Source: Armatimonadota bacterium
GTDB taxonomy: Bacteria; Armatimonadota; UBA5829; DSUL01
NCBI GenBank assembly: GCA_039811685.1
Contig: JBDHZC010000005.1
Span: forward strand, 72,057 to 136,056
Reading direction: 5' to 3'
DNA length: 64,000 nucleotides
Below the pieces are notes generated by a model that saw only the letters and a program-made list of their open reading frames with translations, ran no database searches and had not been told where the DNA came from. The stretch's first letter is position 1, and every line of letters begins with the position of its first letter. This document shows, in pieces, positions 25,508-35,764 of the stretch. The translations under genes and the position numbers were made by a program.

Positions 25508-26609
25508 GGAGCAGCAGATTGTCTTCTGGCAGAACACCCTCAGCATTCACCAGTCCGCGCTGATTTCGGCTTTGGCGGAGCGGGCGCAGGTGACTCTGGT
25601 GGCTGAGGAGGATGTTTATCCGGAGCGCTCGGACATGGGCTGGTTCCGGCCGGATTTTGGAAAGGCGAAGGTAGTTGTCGCACCCGGCGACGCGCAACTT
25701 CTCGAGTTCGCCCGCATGAGCCAGGCCGCCCATATCTTCACCGGTATTGGCGCCTACCCAATGGTGAGCCGGGCCATGGCGTCGTGCGCGGAGGCGGGTG
25801 GCTGGATGGCGATGCAAAGCGAGCCGGCGGACTGGCGAGGGCCACTTGCACTTGCGCGCCTGGCGCGAGGACGCCACTACGCCCGTCGCTACGGGCAGAC
25901 GCTTTCACTCGCTCTGGCGATCGGTCATCTGGCGCGGCAGTGGTTCCGCAGGATTGGCCTGCCAGAGTCCAGGACGCGCCCTTTCGCCTATTTCACCCAG
26001 GGCCCTGAGTCTGGGGTGGACGTGGAAGAGCGCGACGAGGTGCGTCTGATAGTTGTGGCAAGTCTTGTCACCCGCAAAGGAGTGGATATTCTGCTGCGAG
26101 CGTTGAGCGACGTGCCGGGGCCATGGTTTCTGACAATCGTGGGCGACGGCCCTGAGCGCAATACTCTGGAGAAGCTGGCGCTGTCTCGTGGATTGGATGA
26201 AAAAGTGCGCTTTGCAGGCTCACTCGCCAATGACGAAGCGATGCGCTTGCTCTCGCAGAGTGATCTCTTGATCCTTCCCAGCCGGTGGGATGGCTGGGGC
26301 GCAGTGGTGAACGAGGCTTTGATGCGGGGAGTTCCGGTTGTCTGTAGCAACCGCTGTGGAGCCTCTGATCTGATAGTCTCCGCAGAGCTTGGCGCAGTCT
26401 ACGCGTGGCAGTCGCAGAGCGCTCTTTCTCAGGAGCTTGCGCGGCGTGTGGCGCACGGCCCGGCAATCAGCAGCCAGCGGCAGAGGATTCGTCAGTGGGC
26501 TGAATGTATCAGCGGAGAGCGAGCGGCGCAATACGTCCTGGATCTGATCAGAAGCGCGCGTGACAGCTCCGAAGCCCCGCGCCCTCCGTGGCGGCCATTT
26601 GTGGACTGA
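25500..26609 (+). CDS. Glycosyltransferase family 1 (GT4)
   Basis: …ILPSRWDGWGAVVNEALMRGVPVVCS motif. Confidence 0.7.
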   Translation: MSEEQQIVFWQNTLSIHQSALISALAERAQVTLVAEEDVYPERSDMGWFRPDFGKAKVVVAPGDAQLLEFARMSQAAHIFTGIGAYPMVSRAMASCAEAGGWMAMQSEPADWRGPLALARLARGRHYARRYGQTLSLALAIGHLARQWFRRIGLPESRTRPFAYFTQGPESGVDVEERDEVRLIVVASLVTRKGVDILLRALSDVPGPWFLTIVGDGPERNTLEKLALSRGLDEKVRFAGSLANDEAMRLLSQSDLLILPSRWDGWGAVVNEALMRGVPVVCSNRCGASDLIVSAELGAVYAWQSQSALSQELARRVAHGPAISSQRQRIRQWAECISGERAAQYVLDLIRSARDSSEAPRPPWRPFVD

Positions 26610-27214
26610 GCAGGCGCGGTGATTGATTTTAGAACGGGCTACCGGCGTCAACATCGGTAGGATGATCTATCAGGCGCTGGACGGCGGCTGTTCGCGTGGA
26701 CGGGCTGGAAGCGCCTATCCCGCACGCGCTGGCGCTGCGGATTATACAGAACGCCGGGAAAGCAACCAGCGCGACAAGAAACAAAACGATTATCAGCTTC
26801 ATGGGAATCTTCCTCTTTCGTTTGCAGTAGCTTTGTCTATCTTAGGACCCGGCTACTGGAAAAAACAGAGCGCGCAGATTCCCCGCATTGGTACGGGTCT
26901 TTGCCTGTAGGGGGCAAAAAATCGGGCTTTTTGGGGCACTGGCAGGCAAAAAAATAGCCCGCGGAAGTAGCTTCAGCGGGCTCCAGAGAAAATATCTGAC
27001 AGAAGGAGAAAAAGATATTTGGTTTCCATCATTAATAAGTGCAAGAACCGTGCCAAAAGCCAGATAGCGCTGAATTTTGTCCAGATTTTGCGTCAACAGG
27101 AGATGGGCAGTCTCTCCTGTGTCTCCTCTGCTGATGCCTGGAGCAGTGCTCCGGAGTGCGTCTGCGTCTGATATTCTGCTTGCGGATGACTGTCTCTGAA
27201 AGGATGCTGGGCCA

Positions 27215-27964
27215 TTGGGTCTTACAGCCGCTTTAGTCTGCAAAAATGAAGAGAAGAACATGGAGCGCGTCCTGCGCAGCGTGCAGTTTGCAGATCAAAT
27301 CCTGGTTGTGGACTCCGGCTCGACGGACAAGACTCTGGAGATCGCGCGCAGGTTCACCGGGGACGTTATTGTGCGCGACTGGCCTGGCTTCTCGGCGCAG
27401 AAGAACTTCGCGTTGTCACAGGCCTCCGAGGAGTGGGTTTTATGCATGGACGCAGACGAGGAAGTCTCACCCGAGCTTGCCCTGGAGATTCAGGAGGTTG
27501 TAGCGGGCAGGCGTACCGGTTTTCGCTTCTACAACATGCCGCGCCTTACCCGTTTTGTGGACAGATGGATGCGCCACGGAGGATGGTATCCCGATCGGCA
27601 ACTGCGCCTGCTTCAAAACGGAGCGGGGGAGTACAATGACCATCCGGTGCATGCGGCTATCACGCCAGACGAGCCCGTAGGCAAGCTGCAGGGAGACATC
27701 CTGCACTACAGCTTCGAATCCATTTCCGACTATGTGGACAGGATGAATGGATACTCCTCCACTATGGCGCGAATGCTGCTGGAACGCACGCACCCTCCGC
27801 GCGTTGGACCGTTTGGTCTCGGACTGACGCTCGCGCGGAAATTTCTGGAAGTTTATCTCCTTAAGCGCGGCTTTTTGGACGGGGGCGACGGGTTTGTGGT
27901 GGCCTGCCTGGGAGCCTACAGCGTCTTTCTGCGGCAGGCGAAAGTCTGGCGGCCTGAAAAGTAA
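27215..27964 (+). CDS. Glycosyltransferase family 2
   Basis: N-terminal …KNEE…ILVVDSGSTDKT… and DxD (MDADE). TTG start per the ORF track. Confidence 0.65.
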   Translation: MGLTAALVCKNEEKNMERVLRSVQFADQILVVDSGSTDKTLEIARRFTGDVIVRDWPGFSAQKNFALSQASEEWVLCMDADEEVSPELALEIQEVVAGRRTGFRFYNMPRLTRFVDRWMRHGGWYPDRQLRLLQNGAGEYNDHPVHAAITPDEPVGKLQGDILHYSFESISDYVDRMNGYSSTMARMLLERTHPPRVGPFGLGLTLARKFLEVYLLKRGFLDGGDGFVVACLGAYSVFLRQAKVWRPEK

Positions 27965-27995
27965 ACGGGACGAACGGGGCCTCAGAAGCGTTCTA

Positions 27996-28814
27996 ATGGG
28001 TGAGGCTGTCAAGGCAGCCAGTCTCAAATGGAGAGTCGGCGTCAGACAAAACACAAAGGAAGGTTTGCCATTGCCATTTAGAAAGATAGCTGCCACGTTA
28101 TTTGTGGCTTTTGTCGCCGTTCTGGCGGCTGAAGGAGTTTCCCGGGCGGAGTCACCCGCAGAGCTGCGAAAGCAGGTGCACGAAGCGACAAAAGGCTTCA
28201 GAGACATCCAGGCGGATGTGAACATAGCCTACTCCAACCAGACTGAGCTCGCAAAGATCGGAAAAGACTTCGGGCAGGCGTACAGATTCAAGAACTCCAG
28301 GATGATGTTCGAGACGCCGAACAAGTTCAAAATGACAGCTCGTGCCGGGCTGGTCAACGTCAGCTATATTGTCACCGGTAACACCAAGAAAATCCGGGCT
28401 GGCATAATCAACAAGACCGAAGATATCTCAAAAGAACCGCATAAGCGGCAGACGATTTTGGATGCGGGGCTTGCCAACGACAGTCTGTGGAGCTCGTACA
28501 ACGTGGAGCAGGTGTCGAAAAGTGCGTGGGACAAGCAGCCTGCGCTGAAAGTGCAGTTGTCCCTGTCAAACTCGCCACAGAAGAAGCAGTACATCTATCT
28601 CAATCCGAAAGACTTCCGGCTGCTGGCGCGAGAGAAGCGGGAAGCGAACGGATCATTGATTGCCCGCTATGTTTACAGCAAGTTCAAAGAGTACGCGGGC
28701 GTGTGGATTCCCACAGAGATACGCGTGTATAACGGGGCGGGAAAACTGGGTGGCACCAGCGTTTACAGCAACATCAAAGTCAACAAGGGGATTCCCGACA
28801 GCGAGTTCAAATGA
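27996..28814 (+). CDS. Secreted hypothetical protein (LolA-like/outer-membrane lipoprotein-sorting-like?)
   Basis: ATG 27996. Signal peptide (IAATLFVAFVAVLAAEGVSRA). Fold assignment is a guess. Confidence 0.35.
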   Translation: MGEAVKAASLKWRVGVRQNTKEGLPLPFRKIAATLFVAFVAVLAAEGVSRAESPAELRKQVHEATKGFRDIQADVNIAYSNQTELAKIGKDFGQAYRFKNSRMMFETPNKFKMTARAGLVNVSYIVTGNTKKIRAGIINKTEDISKEPHKRQTILDAGLANDSLWSSYNVEQVSKSAWDKQPALKVQLSLSNSPQKKQYIYLNPKDFRLLAREKREANGSLIARYVYSKFKEYAGVWIPTEIRVYNGAGKLGGTSVYSNIKVNKGIPDSEFK

Positions 28815-28880
28815 GCAGGTGGGACGGATACAGATAGAAAGATCCAAAAGTTTGCGCGCGGCCAGTGAGTCTGAAGACTG

Positions 28881-29891
28881 ATGCCGAGCCGCTACCGCAC
28901 TATTGACCTCAGCCAGATCACACCGACGAGCATTCAGGGGCGTGAGAGCAAAGTTCACATTGCCGACTTCGCCTCTCCTCTGAAACCTGGGGCTACTGTC
29001 CGGGAGCTGATTGACAGTCTGCCGCACATTCTGGCCGGTGACGATTTACGCACCGCTATCGACGCCGTAGCGCAGGCCGCCCTGAAACGCCGCGCTGTTG
29101 TGTTGTGCTTTGGAGCGCACGTCATCAAGACTGGTCAGGCGCCAGTGCTGATAGATCTGATGCGCCGCGGCGTAATCTCCACTCTCGCTACTAACGGCGC
29201 CAGCGTCATTCACGACTCGGAGATAGCGCTGTTCGGACACACAAGCGAGCACGTCGAGAAGGGAATCGGCCGCGGGCTTTTCGGGATGATGAGAGAGACT
29301 GCCGACTTCGTAAATACCGCCGCCGTCAGAGGAGCGGAGTCGCAGCTTGGTTTTGGTGAGGCCGTCGGCAAAGCCCTGCTGGACGCGGACGCGCCGAACA
29401 AAGCCGTCTCACTTTTCGCTGCAGCCTACGAGATGAAAATCCCAATCACTGTGCATGTGGGAGTGGGGACAGATATCGTGCACATGCATCCGAGTGCGGA
29501 CGGGGCGTCCATTGGTGATGTGTCGCACAGGGATTTCAAGATTCTGATCGAATACATGCGGGGTCTTGCGCACGGTGGGGCGTTGCTCAATTTCGGCTCG
29601 GCTGTAGTCATGCCGGAAGTCGTTCTGAAAGCTCTGACTGTGCTGCGCAATCTCAACGTGGATATGAGCGGATTTACGAGTGTCAACATGGACTTTCTGC
29701 AGCACTACAGGTCCAGCCAGCAGATTGTGGAGCGCGTCCGGGAGATTGGTGGGCAGGGAGTGAGTCTGACGGGTCACCACGAGATAATGATCCCGCTATT
29801 TGCCGCTGGCGTTCTGGAAAGGCTCAGGGAGTCTCGCGAGGAGACAGAGTCCCCTGCGCTTTCGGACGCAGAGGTGAACACGGTTGGCTGA
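28881..29891 (+). CDS. Deoxyhypusine synthase-like family protein
   Basis: Segments VVLCFGAHVIKTG…GVISTLATNGASVIHD and ITVHVGVGTDIVH…LLNFGSAVVMPEV resemble DHS-like NAD-binding motifs; similarity judged by eye. Confidence 0.35.
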   Translation: MPSRYRTIDLSQITPTSIQGRESKVHIADFASPLKPGATVRELIDSLPHILAGDDLRTAIDAVAQAALKRRAVVLCFGAHVIKTGQAPVLIDLMRRGVISTLATNGASVIHDSEIALFGHTSEHVEKGIGRGLFGMMRETADFVNTAAVRGAESQLGFGEAVGKALLDADAPNKAVSLFAAAYEMKIPITVHVGVGTDIVHMHPSADGASIGDVSHRDFKILIEYMRGLAHGGALLNFGSAVVMPEVVLKALTVLRNLNVDMSGFTSVNMDFLQHYRSSQQIVERVREIGGQGVSLTGHHEIMIPLFAAGVLERLRESREETESPALSDAEVNTVG

Positions 29892-30891
29892 CGGACACGC
29901 AGCGCTGCTGGAACTCCTGGAGCGGCTCCCCGGGCGGCGTATCGCTGTCGTCGGCGATGTGATGCTGGATGAGTACCTGCACGGCGGCGTGAAGCGGGTC
30001 TCCCCGGAGGCCCCGGTCCTGGTGGTGGACGTTGACAGGATGACCTGGGCGCCGGGAGGAGCGGCCAACGTCGCGGCCAATATCCGCGCGCTCGGCGCGG
30101 AGGTGTCGCTGATCGGGCTTGTTGGAAAAGACTACGCAGCAGACAGGCTGCGAAGGCTGCTCGAGGATATGCAGGTTGGCACAGATGGCCTGCTGGAAGA
30201 CCCGAACAGGGACACAAGTCTCAAGACGCGCATCATTGCGCACCATCAGCAGGTCGTACGCGTGGATCGAGAGAGGCGAGAGAAGCCGTCCGAAGCCCTG
30301 GTGCGCAAGCTCCGGCTACAGATTGAGGAGAAGCTGGCTGAGTGCGACGCACTGGTTGTCTCGGACTACAACAAGGGCGTTGTCGGAGAGCTTACGCAGA
30401 CGGCTGTAACAAAAGCCCGTGAAGCCGGGGTCCTGGTGACGTCAAACCCCAAGCCTGCAAATCTGCGCTTCTTTCAGGGCGCTGATGTGATTACCCTCAA
30501 CAACCTTGAGGCGGAAGCGGCTTCCGGGGAAAGTATTGACGGACTGAAGGCGCTGGTCAGGGCCGGAGCGAAAATAGTGCGCAAGACCCGCGCCGGATGT
30601 ATTGTCATCACGCGGGGCGCGAACGGAATGAGCGTTTTCCGCCAGGCGGAGCAATCCGCAGAACCCGCGCATATCCCGGGAATGCCGGTTGAGGTTTACG
30701 ACGTGGCTGGCGCAGGCGATACGGTCGTCAGCACACTCACGCTTGCAATGGCGGCTGGAGCGGACGAAGTGCAGGCCGCGACACTGGCTAACTACGCTGC
30801 TGCGACTGTCGTTAGAAAAGTGGGCGTGGCATGCGTGTCCACCGCAGAAGTTGCCAATCTGATCAGAGAATCCGAGAGCAGATCAATTTGA
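29884..30891 (+). CDS. hldE: D-glycero-beta-D-manno-heptose-7-phosphate kinase (HldE kinase domain, RfaE domain I)
   Basis: Strong similarity to the E. coli HldE N-terminal domain (RIAVVGDVMLDEY…PGGAANVA…YDVAGAGDTVV…). Confidence 0.8.
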   Translation: MADGHAALLELLERLPGRRIAVVGDVMLDEYLHGGVKRVSPEAPVLVVDVDRMTWAPGGAANVAANIRALGAEVSLIGLVGKDYAADRLRRLLEDMQVGTDGLLEDPNRDTSLKTRIIAHHQQVVRVDRERREKPSEALVRKLRLQIEEKLAECDALVVSDYNKGVVGELTQTAVTKAREAGVLVTSNPKPANLRFFQGADVITLNNLEAEAASGESIDGLKALVRAGAKIVRKTRAGCIVITRGANGMSVFRQAEQSAEPAHIPGMPVEVYDVAGAGDTVVSTLTLAMAAGADEVQAATLANYAAATVVRKVGVACVSTAEVANLIRESESRSI

Positions 30892-31409
30892 GCAATCTCC
30901 ATGGCGCAAAGCCCGGCGACGAAGACTCCACCTGCCGGATACTGGACAGAAAACGGCTCAGCGAGTATTGCGCGCGCTGGCGCGAAGAAGGTCTGACCAT
31001 CGTCTTCACAAACGGCTGCTTTGACATTTTGCACATTGGACATGCCCGCTACCTGGCGCAGGCGAAAGCTCTCGGAGACCGGTTGGTAGTGGGTGTAAAC
31101 TCAGACGCATCCACCCGGCGTCTCAAGGGTCCCGAGCGCCCGATAGTTCCGGAAAGCGAGCGCGCGGAAATGCTGGCGAGTCTGCGCGTTGTAGATGCCG
31201 TGTCAATTTTCGACGAACCTCGCCCGGACGACCTCATCCGCGCCGTACGCCCACATATCCACACTAAGGGTGGAGACTACCGGCCGGAGGAGCTGCCCGA
31301 AGCGGCGACGGTGGCAGAAGTGGGTGGCGTTGTGAAGATTTTGGGACTCGTGCAAGATCGCTCGACATCGCGCCTGCTGGAGCTTATTCGACGCACGGAG
31401 CAGGACTGA
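30888..31409 (+). CDS. D-glycero-beta-D-manno-heptose-1-phosphate adenylyltransferase (RfaE domain II)
   Basis: …IVFTNGCFDILHIGHARYLAQAKALGDRLVVGVNSDASTRRLKG… cytidylyltransferase-like. TTG 30888 overlaps the upstream TGA (TTGA). Confidence 0.75.
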   Translation: MSNLHGAKPGDEDSTCRILDRKRLSEYCARWREEGLTIVFTNGCFDILHIGHARYLAQAKALGDRLVVGVNSDASTRRLKGPERPIVPESERAEMLASLRVVDAVSIFDEPRPDDLIRAVRPHIHTKGGDYRPEELPEAATVAEVGGVVKILGLVQDRSTSRLLELIRRTEQD

Positions 31410-31421
31410 GAGGCCCTCTGC

Positions 31422-32153
31422 ATGCGCGGTCAAAAGACTCTCGGAGTAATCCCGGCCAGGCTGGCGGCTACCCGGCTTCCCAACAAGCCACTGTTGGAGA
31501 TTTGCGGCAGGCCAATGATTCAGTGGGTATGGGAGCGCTGCCGCCGGGCGAAGTTGCTGGATGATATCGTCGTAGCTACGCCGGACGAGGCAATTGCGGA
31601 AGCCTGTCGCAGCTTTGGCGCGAACGCTGTGTTGACAAAGCCAGAGCACCCGACCGGAACAGACCGTGTTGCGGAAGTAGCCGCAACCTGTGACGCGGAT
31701 ATCATCGTCAACATCCAGGGCGATGAGCCGCTGATTGCTCCGGAGGCGCTGGATGAGCTCATTCGGGCCTTTACGGAGTCCGACGCGCAAATGGGCAGCC
31801 TGATGTTCCAAATACCACCTGAAGAGGACGCCGCTGATCCGAACCTGGTCAAGGTAGTCACGGCTTTGGACTCTACAGCGCTCTATTTCTCCCGCAGCCC
31901 TGTGCCCTTTGCTAGAGGTGCCCCGGATCCACTTCGCTACGGACATGTGGGAATCTACATCTACCGCCGGGCTGATCTGCTTGCGTTCACACGGCTTGCC
32001 CGCACGCCGCTGGAGATTGCGGAGTCACTGGAGCAGCTCCGGGCTCTTGAGTCTGGTTGGAAGATAAAGATGGCGCTGACGGACTACCGTCCGATTGGAG
32101 TGGACACACCGGCGGACCTGGAGCGTGTGCGCGAGGCTCTTTCGGCGGCCTGA
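31422..32153 (+). CDS. kdsB: 3-deoxy-manno-octulosonate cytidylyltransferase (CMP-Kdo synthetase)
   Basis: Near-full-length similarity to KdsB (VIPAR…TRLP.KPL…GTDR.AEV…NIQGDEP…GVDTP.DLERVR). Confidence 0.85.
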   Translation: MRGQKTLGVIPARLAATRLPNKPLLEICGRPMIQWVWERCRRAKLLDDIVVATPDEAIAEACRSFGANAVLTKPEHPTGTDRVAEVAATCDADIIVNIQGDEPLIAPEALDELIRAFTESDAQMGSLMFQIPPEEDAADPNLVKVVTALDSTALYFSRSPVPFARGAPDPLRYGHVGIYIYRRADLLAFTRLARTPLEIAESLEQLRALESGWKIKMALTDYRPIGVDTPADLERVREALSAA

Positions 32154-32156
32154 CGC

Positions 32157-32597
32157 TCAGCCTTGCCGCGAGCGGTTCCTATTGTGGAAATACACCCGGA
32201 CGAACTCTCGCTGTGCCTCTGTCTGAGGCAACCCGACCCACGTAAATGCCCGCTCAAGATCCTGCAGCCGCGCAGCCAAATGAGCGCAAGCCACAGTGCG
32301 GCAGCGTCCAACGCCCATGTAGCAGTGCACCAGAGCCGGCTTACCTTCCGCGCGCCACCGCTCAAGCAGTCCATCCATCTCCTCCATCAGGCGCAATCCG
32401 GGAGAGGTCATATCCTCCAACCGGCGAAACCGGTGTTCAATTTCCGCCTGCCTGAAGAGAGCCTGAATATTCCCTGAAACAGGGTGGAGCGACAACACAG
32501 CCCGAATGCCCATGCGCTCAAGAAGACGAACGTCGCCCTCGGTTGACGGCAAGGAGCCGGTAGCCAGTTCATTTTCGACAGCCCAGTGAAAGTCCAT
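32157..32597 (-). CDS. Dual-specificity/tyrosine protein phosphatase
   Basis: CX5R P-loop VHCYMGVGRCRT. Confidence 0.6.
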   Translation of the reverse strand: MDFHWAVENELATGSLPSTEGDVRLLERMGIRAVLSLHPVSGNIQALFRQAEIEHRFRRLEDMTSPGLRLMEEMDGLLERWRAEGKPALVHCYMGVGRCRTVACAHLAARLQDLERAFTWVGLPQTEAQREFVRVYFHNRNRSRQG

Positions 32598-32896
32598 AAT
32601 GTCGCATTATGCAACGTCAACGACGATAGTTCTGTCTTTTGGATGACAAAAGTATCTGCGGTTGACGGCTGGACACGGGCTATGGAGTGTTTTGTCGGCA
32701 GGCCCCAACCGTGTCGCAGGTTAGAAGCGACTGATTTTCGGACAATCGAAGTCCAAAGGACGCGCGCAAAAGTTGAGAATCGCATCCCTGCTGCGCCGAA
32801 GTGTCCGTCCGGCGTCTTCAGGTTTGCCGGGCGGCCGGTCGCGGTATATAATCCAGCAGCCCTGGCAGGCTGAACTTTGCAAGGAGAAGCACTATC

Positions 32897-34249
32897 TTGG
32901 CAGACCTGAACCCGACCATCTTCAAAGCGTACGACATCCGCGGAACCTACCCGGACCAGTTGAACGAAGACGCCGTTTACCGGATTTGCCGCGCCTATGG
33001 CACGATGCTGAAGGGAAAGACGGCGATTGTCGGGCACGACATGCGCCTGTCGTGGGAAGCCCTGTTCCCTGAAGTTCTGCGAGGCCTGACAGACGCGGGG
33101 CTGGATGTATGGGACGTCGGGCTGGTCAGCACGCCGCTGTACTACTACTGCGTAAATGCACTGAAAGGCGATGTCGGAATAATGCTCACGGCATCGCACA
33201 ACCCCGGCGAGTACAACGGCATCAAACCCACGGGCCCGCAGGCCATCCCCAGCATCTCTTTCGTGTCCAACACAGAGATTCAGAAGCTCGCCAACTCACA
33301 GGATTTTCCGCAACCTCCTCAAAAGGGGCGCATCCTGGGCAAGAAGGACGTGCTGAATGACTACATTGAAGCAGTCATAAAGACTTCCGGCCTGCACGAC
33401 GCAGGCGGTATGAAGGTGGCCATTGATACCGCTAACGCTATGGGTGGCCTGACGGCTCCCAAGATCGCTGAGCGCATCAATCTGAAGGCCTTTCCGCTCT
33501 ACTGGGACATTCACGGCGGCTTTCCCAATCACGAAGCCAACCCGCTGCACGAGGAGACTCTGATTGCGCTAAAAGCCAAAGTCCGCGATGAAGGCGCCGC
33601 GCTGGGAGTGGCCTATGACGGAGACGCGGACCGTGTGGGTTTCGTTGACGAAAAAGGCGACACCATTCCCGGAGATATGATCACCGCGCTTCTGGCGCGC
33701 CAGATTCTCAAGCAGCACCCCGGCGCCACAATCCTTTACGATCTACGCTCAAGCTGGTCGGTGAAAGAAGAGATTGAGAAGGCAGGCGGCAAGGCTGTGA
33801 TGTGCCAGGTTGGGCACGGACTCATCAAGCGGCAGATGCGCGAAGGCGACGCGATTTTCGCCGGCGAGCTCTCCAGCCACTACTACTTCCGCGACTTCTT
33901 CATCACTGACAATGGAGATCTGGCGATGCTGGGCATATTGTCTCTGCTGAAAGAAGCCAGCGAGACTGCAAGTGAGCTCTGGCGGCCCATCAAGCGCTAC
34001 TTCCATTCAGGAGAAATCAACTCGCAGGTGAAAGATCAGCACGCTAAACTCCAGGAGCTGGAAGACAAGTATGGCCCCAGCGCGCAGACAGTGCTGCACC
34101 TTGACGGACTGACAGTGGAGTACGCGGACTGGTGGTTCAATGTGCGCCCATCCAACACGGAGCCTTATCTGCGCCTCAATCTGGAATCCAAAGACGAAAA
34201 GCAGATGGAGGCCAAACGCGACGAACTCCTTGCGTTGATCCGCAGTTAG
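32897..34249 (+). CDS. Phosphomannomutase/phosphoglucomutase
   Basis: Active-site TASHNPGEYNGIK and Mg-binding GDGDADR-like (YDGDADRVGF). Confidence 0.8.
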   Translation: MADLNPTIFKAYDIRGTYPDQLNEDAVYRICRAYGTMLKGKTAIVGHDMRLSWEALFPEVLRGLTDAGLDVWDVGLVSTPLYYYCVNALKGDVGIMLTASHNPGEYNGIKPTGPQAIPSISFVSNTEIQKLANSQDFPQPPQKGRILGKKDVLNDYIEAVIKTSGLHDAGGMKVAIDTANAMGGLTAPKIAERINLKAFPLYWDIHGGFPNHEANPLHEETLIALKAKVRDEGAALGVAYDGDADRVGFVDEKGDTIPGDMITALLARQILKQHPGATILYDLRSSWSVKEEIEKAGGKAVMCQVGHGLIKRQMREGDAIFAGELSSHYYFRDFFITDNGDLAMLGILSLLKEASETASELWRPIKRYFHSGEINSQVKDQHAKLQELEDKYGPSAQTVLHLDGLTVEYADWWFNVRPSNTEPYLRLNLESKDEKQMEAKRDELLALIRS

Positions 34250-34372
34250 AGTGAGTGGCCTTCAGCGGCGCACAGGCCCGGCCGGGACTGCTGGCAGGAA
34301 GGAATAAGCCCGCTTTGCGTCATAGTCTGCAACTGACACATACGCATCAAACAGGCGGGCACACTCTCTACC

Positions 34373-35650
34373 ATGCTTGACATCAAACTTATCCGATCAG
34401 ACCCTGACGCTGTACGCCGGCGGCTCAGCCGCCGCGGTTATGGCGAGGCCGTCGATCAGCTCTTGAGCCTGGATGAAGACCGCCGCCGTTTGATCCAACA
34501 GGTTGAAGACCTCAAAGCGCGACGCAACGCCGCTTCTGAAGAAATTGCCCGGGTCAAAAAGGAAAAAGGCGACGCCTCCAGCATCATCAGCGAGATGAAG
34601 CAGGTCTCCGACGAGATTAAAGCGCTGGACGCAGAGCTGAAGTCTGTCGATGATGCGCTGGATGAGCGCCTGAGTGACCTGCCTAACCTTCCTGACGAGA
34701 GCGTGCCGGACGGCGCCGGGGAAGAGGACAATGTCGAGATTGAGCGCTCAGGTGATCCGCCATCGCTCAGCTTTGAGCCGAAACCCCACTGGGATATTGC
34801 GACTGCGCTGGACATCATAGACTTCGAGCGTGGGGCAAAGCTGGCTGGCTCCGGTTTCATTCTCTACAAGAGGCTGGGCGCGCGGCTTGAGCGGGCGCTG
34901 ATCAACTTCATGCTGGACATGCATACCACCAGTCACGGCTATACCGAGGTGTGGCCACCGTACCTGGCGCTGCCTTCCGTGATGTACGGGACGGGTAAGC
35001 TTCCGAAGTTCAAGGACGACATGTACTGGGTGACCGAGGACGATCTGTATCTCAACCCAACTGCGGAGGTCCCGATTACCTGTATCCACATGGACGAGAT
35101 TCTGTCGCCAGGAACACTGCCACTTCGCCACACCGGATATTGCGCCAGCTTTCGCCGCGAAGCCGGCGCCGCCGGCAAAGACACCCGGGGACTTATCCGC
35201 CTGCACCAGTTTGACAAAGTGGAGCTCGTACAACTCACGGAACCGGAAAAGAGCTACGACGCGCTGGAGGAGATGCTGAAGCAGGCAAAAAATGTTGTCG
35301 AAGCGCTTGGCTTTACTTACCGCGTCCTCAACTGCTGTGCGGGAGACATCGGTCAGGCCGCCTCCAAGATGTACGATGTGGAGATCTGGGCGCCCGGGCT
35401 GGGCAAGTGGCTGGAGGTCTCCAGCGTTTCAAACTGCACGGACTACCAGGCGCGCCGCGCCAACATTCGCTTTCGCAGAGAGCCAACCGCAAAGCCGGAG
35501 TTTGTCCACACGCTGAACGGCAGCGGAATAGCGCTTCCGCGCACGATGATCACGCTCATAGAAACTTATCAACAACCTGACGGCTCTGTCCTCATCCCCG
35601 AAGTCCTGCGCCCCTATATGGGCGGCATGGAAGTCATTTCCTCATCCTAG
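34373..35650 (+). CDS. serS: Seryl-tRNA synthetase
   Basis: N-terminal coiled-coil MLDIKLIR… and class II aaRS motifs (…HQFDKVE…). Confidence 0.85.
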   Translation: MLDIKLIRSDPDAVRRRLSRRGYGEAVDQLLSLDEDRRRLIQQVEDLKARRNAASEEIARVKKEKGDASSIISEMKQVSDEIKALDAELKSVDDALDERLSDLPNLPDESVPDGAGEEDNVEIERSGDPPSLSFEPKPHWDIATALDIIDFERGAKLAGSGFILYKRLGARLERALINFMLDMHTTSHGYTEVWPPYLALPSVMYGTGKLPKFKDDMYWVTEDDLYLNPTAEVPITCIHMDEILSPGTLPLRHTGYCASFRREAGAAGKDTRGLIRLHQFDKVELVQLTEPEKSYDALEEMLKQAKNVVEALGFTYRVLNCCAGDIGQAASKMYDVEIWAPGLGKWLEVSSVSNCTDYQARRANIRFRREPTAKPEFVHTLNGSGIALPRTMITLIETYQQPDGSVLIPEVLRPYMGGMEVISSS

Positions 35651-35764
35651 ACGGCACGCACCTCTGTTTCTGAGCGAGTAGTCGCGGACGTTAGCACCTG
35701 GCAGGGCTTCATTTCCTGTACGGATGAGTCTGCCAAACACGCTGAGAAAAGGAAGCGGTTCTGC

